The notes below the pieces were generated by a model. It saw nothing but the letters and a program-made list of their open reading frames with translations. It searched no databases and was not told the DNA's origin. From the NCBI GenBank assembly GCA_937894725.1, contig CALAYL010000037.1:11079-75078 (forward strand): DNA of 64,000 bases, read 5' to 3'. Positions 19,814 through 26,994 of this stretch are shown here, in pieces; position 1 is the stretch's first letter; the number at the start of each line of letters is the position of its first letter. Made by a program: the position numbers and the translations under genes. The stretch is from an uncultured Bacteroidota bacterium (GTDB lineage: Bacteria; Bacteroidota; Bacteroidia; Chitinophagales; LD1).

Positions 19814-20653
19814 GTGAAGTACGCTACCATAGCTGAACGAATGCAGAAAATTCAGTCTGTTTTTAAAGCAGGACAAGGATTGGCGTATGATAACAATATA
19901 GAGACGATAAATCATTTTCTCACAAATGAAAACCATCTTTTCCAGTCTGTGGCATACGAGGGGGTAGCTTGTGGTTTCGCAGAAAATGATATTGATCACA
20001 CTACAGCGTTTCGCGATTGGCAAAATTTTCTTGAAAGAAATAGAGTACATAGTACGCAAATTCATATTGGCTTAGGATGGGCATTGGCACTAAAAAAGCA
20101 GCCTTCAAATAGCCCTATTCCCATAGCGAAAAGCGTAATGGAAGCAAGAGTTTTTGATGGTTATGGATATGTAGAAGGTTTGTTTAGAAAGCGTGTGACT
20201 ATATTACAAAAATTAATCCCTGCACCTATAACAGCTAACCAATTGATGGGCTATGATCAAGGATTGGGGCGTAGTTTATGGTATAATGCAAAAGGCGAAT
20301 TGCCTGTTTTGAAGGATACTATTTCGTTATTTCCTTCGACTCGAATGGCTGATTTGTGGAGAGGGGTAGGTATAGCAGTGGGCTATGTAGGTGGAGTAGA
20401 AAGGAGTGTCCATACGGCATTATTTCATAGTGCGGATAAATTCGATTTAGACTATAAAGTTGGGTTATTGTTATCTCAATTCTCAAGATTTCTTTCTACA
20501 AATATGGACGCATTATCGCATAAAATTGTTTTAGAAAAATTGAATTTAGATAAGCCTAATTTCGAACAGTTATATCAGTTTCAGCTATCGCAAAGTATTT
20601 CCAGTACTTACTTTGAGTACTTACATGGGCTAAAAGAAAAACTAAGAAGTTAA
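19814..20653 (+). CDS. Hypothetical protein, possibly DUF1702 (enediyne UnbL-like) family
   Basis: 279 aa. The GTG start directly follows the halogenase stop. Motifs SVAYEGVACGFAEN, GLGRSLWY and WRGVGIAVGYVGG resemble what I remember of DUF1702. This is unverified. Confidence 0.35.
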   Translation: MKYATIAERMQKIQSVFKAGQGLAYDNNIETINHFLTNENHLFQSVAYEGVACGFAENDIDHTTAFRDWQNFLERNRVHSTQIHIGLGWALALKKQPSNSPIPIAKSVMEARVFDGYGYVEGLFRKRVTILQKLIPAPITANQLMGYDQGLGRSLWYNAKGELPVLKDTISLFPSTRMADLWRGVGIAVGYVGGVERSVHTALFHSADKFDLDYKVGLLLSQFSRFLSTNMDALSHKIVLEKLNLDKPNFEQLYQFQLSQSISSTYFEYLHGLKEKLRS

Positions 20654-21891
20654 AATATAGTTTCCTTAAAGCGTACTCCTACGGTAGCTAATTTTTCCAA
20701 TACTGGCATATAAATTTCTTTGTCTAAAGGGCACAACACCCCCCGTTGTTCAATTTTGTTTTCTAAAATCAGTTCCACCGCAAAAGCTATTGGTAATCCC
20801 ACTGTTTGTGCCATAGCAGTATATAGCGCATCCTTGCCATCGAGCGTGAGCGATGATACTAGTGAAAATTGTTTTCCCTCATGTGCTATATCAAACTCAT
20901 GTATCATCACTACTCTATCGGCATCGGTAGGCTCCATTTTCCACGCTATTTCGATTAAATTTTGTAATACATCTACAGCCATAATTTGAGATGGCTGTAT
21001 AGCAAAAACACCTACTTCCTCCAGCATCTCGGCTATTTCCTTATTGGCTATTTCTTCCTTTTTTAAAATAGGGAAAGGGGTGTTTGTACTCGTACAACCT
21101 GCCTTTACCAATGTGTCCCATGCTTTGCAAAATGGCGCCATTCTTAGGGTGCCTCTGTAGAGAGTGGCCGCTTCCCTTAGGCCATAAAGTGATTCATATT
21201 TCAATGAATCTCGATTGGGATAGCTCTCGTATTTCTCACCCTTGTTTGACTCGATTATGCTAGTGTGAGAAAATAAATCTGCGTAACGAAGCTGAACTAA
21301 ACTCCCATCTGCTCTATATTGAATATAGCCATCTCCTGCACCCGCCAGCACTACATTTCGGGGGTTCCAACTGATTTTGTAATGCCAACTATTGGTATCT
21401 GATTTTGGCGCTACAAGTCCTCCGCAATGGCTCTTCAAACCAATGATTTTAGCTCCTTTTGCACGCCATTCATCGAGTGTTTTCATCACACTCATGTGGT
21501 CAATGCCTGGATCTAATCCCATTTCATTTAAAAATATAATCCCTTTTGCTTTGGCTTCTTTATCCAATGCCTCCATTGCATCAGAGACATACGAAGGCGT
21601 TATGAGATGTGCGCTATATTTCAAACAGTACTTTGCCACAATAGGGTGTAAACTAGCGGGCAGCATCGAAATAACCAAAATGGCATCTTGAATTAGGCTT
21701 TCAATATGCGTAAAATCTGTATTGGGTAGCAAGATTTGTTTACAGTTTTTGTCCTTGCATCTATCACTCAGATTTTGTGCATTCAAATCCGCTACTATGA
21801 TCTGGAATCCATTGCTATCCGCTATCTTCGATAGATAATCTATGATATAAATACTTGATTTGCCTGCCCCTAATAAAACTACTTTTTTCAT
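20650..21891 (-). CDS. Saccharopine dehydrogenase family oxidoreductase
   Basis: 413 aa with the N-terminal Rossmann motif KKVVLLGAGKSS. Central and C-terminal segments are typical of Lys9-like saccharopine reductases. Its stop codon overlaps the convergent gene's stop within TTAA (20650-20653). Confidence 0.6.
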   Translation of the reverse strand: MKKVVLLGAGKSSIYIIDYLSKIADSNGFQIIVADLNAQNLSDRCKDKNCKQILLPNTDFTHIESLIQDAILVISMLPASLHPIVAKYCLKYSAHLITPSYVSDAMEALDKEAKAKGIIFLNEMGLDPGIDHMSVMKTLDEWRAKGAKIIGLKSHCGGLVAPKSDTNSWHYKISWNPRNVVLAGAGDGYIQYRADGSLVQLRYADLFSHTSIIESNKGEKYESYPNRDSLKYESLYGLREAATLYRGTLRMAPFCKAWDTLVKAGCTSTNTPFPILKKEEIANKEIAEMLEEVGVFAIQPSQIMAVDVLQNLIEIAWKMEPTDADRVVMIHEFDIAHEGKQFSLVSSLTLDGKDALYTAMAQTVGLPIAFAVELILENKIEQRGVLCPLDKEIYMPVLEKLATVGVRFKETIF

Positions 21892-21950
21892 GAAAATAAA
21901 AGTTGTGCGTGTTTGATTATTTTCACCAAATTAGTAAAAATTTTAACAGC

Positions 21951-22376
21951 ATGATTTGGAAGACCCGACCTTCAAAAGAAATTGCCTCATTATTTGGCAA
22001 AGCACATATTGATCATACCCTGGGTATTGAATTTACAGATGTGGGGGATGATTTTTTATGTGCTAAAATGCCTGTAAATAAAAACACACGCCAGCCTTAT
22101 GGCTTATTGCATGGCGGGGCATCTTGTGTATTGGCTGAATCACTGGGCTCTTATGCTGGGGCTTGTTGTGTAGAATTTGGAAAGGAAATAGTGGTGGGGT
22201 TAGAGATTAATGCCAATCACATTTCATCGGTAAAAGAGGGCTATGTAGTAGGTACGGCAAGACCTATTCATATAGGTAGAAGCACCCAGGTCTGGGATAT
22301 TCGGATTGAAAGCGAGGAGGGAAAATTGGTATGTGTGAGCCGTCTTACACTAGCGGTGAAAACGATTAGTGGGTAA
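21951..22376 (+). CDS. PaaI/EntH/MenI-type hotdog-fold thioesterase
   Basis: Start moved to MIWKTRPSKE. Motif GLLHGGASCVLAESLGS and the C-terminal beta-sheet are typical of 4HBT class II thioesterases. Confidence 0.65.
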   Translation: MIWKTRPSKEIASLFGKAHIDHTLGIEFTDVGDDFLCAKMPVNKNTRQPYGLLHGGASCVLAESLGSYAGACCVEFGKEIVVGLEINANHISSVKEGYVVGTARPIHIGRSTQVWDIRIESEEGKLVCVSRLTLAVKTISG

Positions 22377-22938
22377 AAGCAACAGTGTTGCGAATTTCTC
22401 TTTTTCCTAAAATTAGTCTATAAACATAGGTGTCATTTGGGTATTTTGAGATGTCGAATGCTAGATTTCCAGTTAGGTATTGTTTATTTATAATTAACTC
22501 TCCCCAGCGATTATAGAGTTGAAAATTGTAAGTAGAGCAGTTATAATCGGCTTTGATAGTCAGTGTGTCTTTTACTGTAGTTGGGATGTAAATTGATTTT
22601 GCATCTTTGTCGAAATTTACGGCTATCGCATCACTAACTACCCCACCATAGCTAACTTTGTAGGCATAATTACCTGAAAATTTCAAGGTCGTATCTATCA
22701 CAAATAGTGAATCATTTTTGATGTTGGTGGGGTTGATTTCTTTGATGATTTCAAATGGTTGATTACTTTCTGATCTATATATAATCGCTCGTTTTCCCTT
22801 ATCTGTTGTGCAAAACTTTACGTACAAATCAATGACCTCATTATACTGCGATGCACAGAGGGAAATGGATTGTTTAGGCTCTTTTTTGCAGGCGGTAAGT
22901 GCAAGAAAAAATAGCAAGAAAGTTAAATGCTTTGTCAT
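22366..22938 (-). CDS. Small lipoprotein-signal protein with a divergent T9SS C-terminal sorting domain (paralog 2)
   Basis: 190 aa with lipobox LALTAC. The core is paralogous to the upstream gene (KRAIIYRSESNQPFEIIKEINPTNIKNDSLFVIDTTLKFSGNYAYKVSYGG). The CTD-like tail is DTLTIKADYN...FQLYNRWGELII...YPNDTYVYRLILG. Confidence 0.55.
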   Translation of the reverse strand: MTKHLTFLLFFLALTACKKEPKQSISLCASQYNEVIDLYVKFCTTDKGKRAIIYRSESNQPFEIIKEINPTNIKNDSLFVIDTTLKFSGNYAYKVSYGGVVSDAIAVNFDKDAKSIYIPTTVKDTLTIKADYNCSTYNFQLYNRWGELIINKQYLTGNLAFDISKYPNDTYVYRLILGKREIRNTVAFTH

Positions 22939-22959
22939 ATTTTATTGATATTAAGTTGA

Positions 22960-23559
22960 CTATTGCTTTAGCACCCTATACGCAAATGTTTTAGTGCCAA
23001 TGGTGATTTTGAGGAGATAAATACCATTTGGTAAAGTTGTCAAATGGAGTTGCTTCTGATTAGTTGAGATTTGATTTTCGGAGAAAACAAGGCGACCTAC
23101 CAAATCAAAAATTTGCGCATCGTAAGGCATACAAGTAGGGTTGTATGCAATAGTCAAAGAATCAGAAAAAGGATTAGGAAAAATGCGCACGGGGTTGTTT
23201 CCTTTCTTGAAATGTATTGCGTTTTCTTTGCTCAACATATTGCCATAGCTTACTTTATAAAAATACTCACCTTCAAAAATCAAGCTAGTATCAATAAAAA
23301 CACCTTGTCCATTTTTTACATTTTCTGTTTTAATCTCACCTACTACTCCATAGTTTTTATTGTCTGTACTTCGATAGATGATAGAACGTTTACAAAAGTC
23401 CTCTCTTTCGTAATCAGCTACTATCAGTATGTCTTCTTGATAGCTACTCAAGCAAACATCTAGGTTAGTTTTTTCTTCTTTTTTGCAACCCGATATAGAG
23501 ATAACAGCGAGTAGAATTATAGTCCTTAAAATAGCAGCGCCCCACGATATTTTTTTCAT
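22960..23559 (-). CDS. Small lipoprotein-signal protein with a T9SS type-A C-terminal sorting domain (paralog 1)
   Basis: 199 aa with lipobox ISISGC. The CTD is RIFPNPFSDSLTIAYN...AQIFDLVGRLVFSE...LPNGIYLLKITIGTKTFAYRVLKQ. Confidence 0.65.
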   Translation of the reverse strand: MKKISWGAAILRTIILLAVISISGCKKEEKTNLDVCLSSYQEDILIVADYEREDFCKRSIIYRSTDNKNYGVVGEIKTENVKNGQGVFIDTSLIFEGEYFYKVSYGNMLSKENAIHFKKGNNPVRIFPNPFSDSLTIAYNPTCMPYDAQIFDLVGRLVFSENQISTNQKQLHLTTLPNGIYLLKITIGTKTFAYRVLKQ

Positions 23560-23673
23560 AATTTATTGAATTGATGTGTGGTTTTATGTGTAGTATTGGT
23601 CAGTGAATGAGGCTTGTTTCGATAGTGAATAGGTTATTGAAACGAAGATATGTTTTAGATTCAAAAAAAGCAA

Positions 23674-23681
23674 TACTTTTG
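23674..23681 (+). promoter_or_regulatory. -7 box (TAnnTTTG) candidate
   Basis: TACTTTTG lies 21 nt upstream of the ATG at 23703. Confidence 0.35.
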
Positions 23682-23702
23682 GTGTGATAGAACTAAGAAT
23701 AA

Positions 23703-24053
23703 ATGGCATTGCATAATGAATTAGGGCAAAGAGGAGAGGCTATTGCAGTTGATTTTTTAATCGCCAAAGAGCATCAAATTTTGGCTAAAAATTATAGATA
23801 CAAGCATGCTGAAATTGATATCATTTCAATGTCGGGAGGTATATTAGTTTTCTCTGAGGTAAAAGCTCGCTCTACCGCAAAATTTGGTTTTCCTGAAGAA
23901 GCAATAAGCGAAAAAAAGCAGGAAAAACTGATGGAGGCCGCACTCCAATATATGGAGGAAAATGAGGTGAAAACTCTCTTTCGTTTTGATGTGATCGCTA
24001 TTGTATTTGAAAATGGGGCACCCCAAATTCATCATATACCCGATGCTTTTTAG
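23703..24053 (+). CDS. YraN-family (UPF0102) endonuclease-like protein
   Basis: 116 aa: GEAIAVDFL...ILAKNYRYKHAEIDIIS...LVFSEVKARS, a PD-(D/E)xK-like core. Confidence 0.75.
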   Translation: MALHNELGQRGEAIAVDFLIAKEHQILAKNYRYKHAEIDIISMSGGILVFSEVKARSTAKFGFPEEAISEKKQEKLMEAALQYMEENEVKTLFRFDVIAIVFENGAPQIHHIPDAF

Positions 24054-24060
24054 TCAATTT

Positions 24061-24068
24061 TAGATTTG
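24061..24068 (+). promoter_or_regulatory. -7 box (TAnnTTTG) candidate for prfB
   Basis: TAGATTTG lies 33 nt upstream of the GTG at 24102. Confidence 0.35.
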
Positions 24069-24101
24069 ATTGCTATTTTCGCAACTCAATAACAGCTCAC
24101 C

Positions 24102-25190
24102 GTGACCAACGAAAACATCCAACAACTTCAAGATAGGCTCGATAATATTGCTAATTTTCTAAAAATAAGTGAGAAAAAACTACAACTACTCCAACACGAA
24201 AACACTGCTGCGCATCCCGATTTTTGGAATAACCCCAAACAGGCAGAGCAGCTTTTGAAAGAAGCCAAAGTCGAAAAATTTTGGGTACAAAGTTATGAAG
24301 TAGCTTTAGCAGCCGTAGATGATGCAAAATTAACCCGAGAGTTTTTGGAAATGGGCGAACCCGTAGAAGATGACTTGAAAGTAGCCTTTGCAAAAGCAGA
24401 AAATGAAGTGGAGAATTTGGAATTCAAATCTACGCTCGATCAGCCCGAAGACAGTTTTAGTGCGATACTTGAAATCAATGCGGGTGCTGGTGGTACTGAA
24501 AGTTGTGATTGGGCATCAATACTGCTGCGTATGTACCTGATGTGGGCAGATCGCAAGGGTTATAAGGTAAGCGAACTTGACCGAACAGATGGCGATGTGG
24601 CTGGTATAAAGTCTGTGTCGATAGAGGTGCAAGGTGAGTTTGCTTATGGGTTTTTGAAGGGTGAAAATGGAGTACATCGACTAGTTCGTATTTCACCTTT
24701 TGATTCAAATGCAAAGCGACACACCTCCTTTGCTTCCGTTTTTGTGTATCCAATCGTGGACGATACAATAGATATCAAAGTGCCTGCTTCGGAGTTAGAA
24801 TGGGATACCTTTAGAGCTAGTGGTGCAGGTGGACAAAATGTGAATAAAGTGGAGACAGCTGTCCGCCTCCGGCACTTACCATCGGGTATTATCGTAAGTT
24901 GCCAGATCACTCGTTCACAACATGAAAATAGAGATCGAGCCTTACAAATGCTTAAATCTAAACTATACGAAATGGAGGTGCAAAAGCGCAACGAAGCTCG
25001 CGATAAACTTGAAGGCACAAAGATGAAAAATGAGTGGGGCTCACAGATACGCAATTATGTTTTGCATCCTTATAAACTCATCAAAGATACCCGTTCTGGA
25101 TACGAAACTGGCAATGTACAGCCGATTCTCGATGGTGATTTAGATGATTTCATAAAAGCTTATTTGCTCTCGGCTACGAGGAAAAGTTAA
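24102..25190 (+). CDS. prfB: Peptide chain release factor 2, encoded in one continuous frame
   Basis: 362 aa with a GTG start. It has the SPF tripeptide (RISPFDS), the GGQ motif ([16 protein letters not shown]), and an N-terminus that aligns across the region where E. coli prfB frameshifts. Confidence 0.9.
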   Translation: MTNENIQQLQDRLDNIANFLKISEKKLQLLQHENTAAHPDFWNNPKQAEQLLKEAKVEKFWVQSYEVALAAVDDAKLTREFLEMGEPVEDDLKVAFAKAENEVENLEFKSTLDQPEDSFSAILEINAGAGGTESCDWASILLRMYLMWADRKGYKVSELDRTDGDVAGIKSVSIEVQGEFAYGFLKGENGVHRLVRISPFDSNAKRHTSFASVFVYPIVDDTIDIKVPASELEWDTFRASGAGGQNVNKVETAVRLRHLPSGIIVSCQITRSQHENRDRALQMLKSKLYEMEVQKRNEARDKLEGTKMKNEWGSQIRNYVLHPYKLIKDTRSGYETGNVQPILDGDLDDFIKAYLLSATRKS

Positions 25191-25638
25191 AGCTACTTAG
25201 CCGTTTATCTGCCTCAAATTTGGTTACGTCTAGCACTTTCACATGTGCTGAAAATCCATTGACATTGGGATTTAGTAACATGTTTTTCTCTTCAGGAATA
25301 ATAGCTGAGGGTACTATCAATCCTACTGATTTTAATGATCTTAGCCATCGGTCACCTACATTTCTCATCATTTTAGTATCGTACATCCAGCTTTTGGGTA
25401 AATCGCTGATTTCGGTGATATGCTTTGGGTTTATTTCGAGTGTTATAATCGACAAATCCATGTCTTTGAGTAAATTGATAGGTACATGCACCATGACTTC
25501 GAGCAAAGCTAGTGAACGAGCAGTGGAGGTATAAAGCATTTCCATGCCTTTGGAGTTCCATCGATTGTTGCTCCGTGATGCGCCATAGCCGCTCAAATCA
25601 CGAATAAATTCAGTTTTTGCTATTCTATATAGCTGCAT
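25174..25638 (-). CDS. RES-domain toxin (MbcT/ParT-like NAD+-targeting family)
   Basis: 154 aa: [33 protein letters not shown] ... [18 protein letters not shown], which carries the R, E and S signature positions. The start overlaps the antitoxin stop (TAATG). The 3' end overlaps prfB by 17 nt in convergent orientation. Confidence 0.8.
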   Translation of the reverse strand: MQLYRIAKTEFIRDLSGYGASRSNNRWNSKGMEMLYTSTARSLALLEVMVHVPINLLKDMDLSIITLEINPKHITEISDLPKSWMYDTKMMRNVGDRWLRSLKSVGLIVPSAIIPEEKNMLLNPNVNGFSAHVKVLDVTKFEADKRLSSFNFSS

Positions 25639-26081
25639 TATGAAAAAACGCCATGTTGAATACGGTTGAGTTCCTCCTCTAAAAGGGTGAAGCCAAAAGG
25701 AGTATCGAAAAACGTTTTTGGAGATAGACCACCCAATGCGGCCACAGGACTATTGAGCCAAGTGGTGGTGGCTTTTTCTGAGCCAAAAACGGCTACCCCT
25801 AATTTAAAAATAGCTGCCAACTGCAATGCCTTAGCAGATGCATCGGTATCGAGCTTTTTGGAGGGAACATACCGCTGCAACGTACGCAATGACACGTGTA
25901 GTACCTCACTAAGCTCGGCTAAACTCAAGGACATTTGATTTGATATATCTAACAAAAAGCGAAAAGTAACTCCTTCGCGCGCTGCACTAATAGAGGTAGG
26001 TGTATCAAATCCAAAATTGATAATTGGCTCACTTACTACAGCAGGGATGTCATCTTTAACAGAGTATTTTTTCATATTCAT
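25638..26081 (-). CDS. Xre/MbcA/ParS-type antitoxin (DUF2384 C-terminal domain)
   Basis: HTH-like segment LSLAELSEVLHVSLRTLQRY, and C-terminal WLNSPVAALGGLSPKTFFDTPFGFTLLEEELNRIQHGVF. The ATG at 26079-26081 is preferred, because a -7 box overlaps the GTG given in the ORF track. Confidence 0.75.
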   Translation of the reverse strand: MNMKKYSVKDDIPAVVSEPIINFGFDTPTSISAAREGVTFRFLLDISNQMSLSLAELSEVLHVSLRTLQRYVPSKKLDTDASAKALQLAAIFKLGVAVFGSEKATTTWLNSPVAALGGLSPKTFFDTPFGFTLLEEELNRIQHGVFS

Positions 26082-26092
26082 GACATTTGACA

Positions 26093-26100
26093 CAAAAATA
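26093..26100 (-). promoter_or_regulatory. -7 box (TAnnTTTG) candidate for the Xre-RES operon
   Basis: The reverse strand reads TATTTTTG, 11 nt upstream of the ATG at 26081. Confidence 0.35.
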
Positions 26101-26127
26101 ATGGCACTTCTCTTTAAAGCAAAGTTT

Positions 26128-26991
26128 TTATCCGATTTTTTTTCTAATCAATTTCAATTCTGTTGCAACATCGAAACTGTTGTTTTGCTCATTGATAAAA
26201 ATTAGATAATCAATAAGTTCGATAATTACTTCAGTCGAATTTGTTGGACTAAAGTATTGAGATTTAGCTGGGGTATTCATTCGCTTGATGTAATCGGCAA
26301 TTTGATTTTTTGAAAAAATGACTCCTTTTTGGAATGGATTTATATAGAAAAGTACATCACTTTCTTGCCCTTCGTTTCTCTCTCCAAATGATGGATCTTT
26401 ACAAAATGCCAAAATAAAATAGTTTATCAATCGTACACCATATATGGGTAGTTGTAAACTCTGCGCAAGCGATATATATAGCAAACCGAGCGAGATAGGA
26501 TTTCCTTTTTTTGTATCGAGTACATGGTTGATACAGAAATCGGCATTTGAGGCTGCATTTTGATCGCCCGAAAATCCCAGATGGTAATAAAATACATGGT
26601 TTAAAATCTGTACTTGTTCTAATGGAGTTTGATTATAGTTGAGTTCTATCCATATCTTTTGACGAATTTTCTTCACTTTTCTTTCTATCTCATCAAAATT
26701 TAAATCAGGAAAAAAATAACTCGAAATCAAAAAATACCCCTTCAATACATCAACGGTAGGCGTTTCACGCCATACTTCGATAGCATGTAGTAAATCTTCA
26801 AACTGGATTTCGTGAATTAAATTTTCTAACCGCTCACTTTGTATAGGGTTAAAGTCTGGGTTCCAAACTTTCTCCAGAGTAGGAACGATACTTTTGCCAA
26901 GACTTTTTATTCTTTCTGAAACGTGCGCCACCACTTCTTGATCATCATCATCAAGTAGCGTTATTAGGGCGCTTATTTCAGTGGCTTTCAT
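26128..26991 (-). CDS. Transglutaminase-like / SirB1-family protein (uncertain)
   Basis: 287 aa with an N-terminal helical region and a central segment LDTKKGNPISLGLLYISLAQSLQLPIYGV, typical of the UPF0162/SirB1-like transglutaminase fold. It begins 3 nt downstream of the topA stop. Confidence 0.35.
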   Translation of the reverse strand: MKATEISALITLLDDDDQEVVAHVSERIKSLGKSIVPTLEKVWNPDFNPIQSERLENLIHEIQFEDLLHAIEVWRETPTVDVLKGYFLISSYFFPDLNFDEIERKVKKIRQKIWIELNYNQTPLEQVQILNHVFYYHLGFSGDQNAASNADFCINHVLDTKKGNPISLGLLYISLAQSLQLPIYGVRLINYFILAFCKDPSFGERNEGQESDVLFYINPFQKGVIFSKNQIADYIKRMNTPAKSQYFSPTNSTEVIIELIDYLIFINEQNNSFDVATELKLIRKKIG

Positions 26992-26994
26992 GAT

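Noticed and set aside
19577-20065. 162-aa minus-strand ORF spanning the halogenase/DUF1702 junction
   Set aside because: It is antisense to two well-supported, tightly abutting plus-strand genes. It has no recognisable motifs and an unusual composition.
24102-24260. Possible programmed +1 frameshift site in prfB, as in E. coli and many other bacteria
   Set aside because: The N-terminal region (…[37 protein letters not shown]…) aligns across the E. coli frameshift position in one continuous frame. There is no in-frame TGA and no CUU-UGA-type slippery site, so RF2 here is encoded without a frameshift.
24644-25054. 136-aa antisense ORF inside prfB, and similar long antisense ORFs (29684-30094 in the TonB receptor, 17300-17644 in the KS partner, 34256-34657 in the BNR gene)
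   Set aside because: They lie fully inside genes that have strong family signatures on the other strand. I see no independent signals for them.
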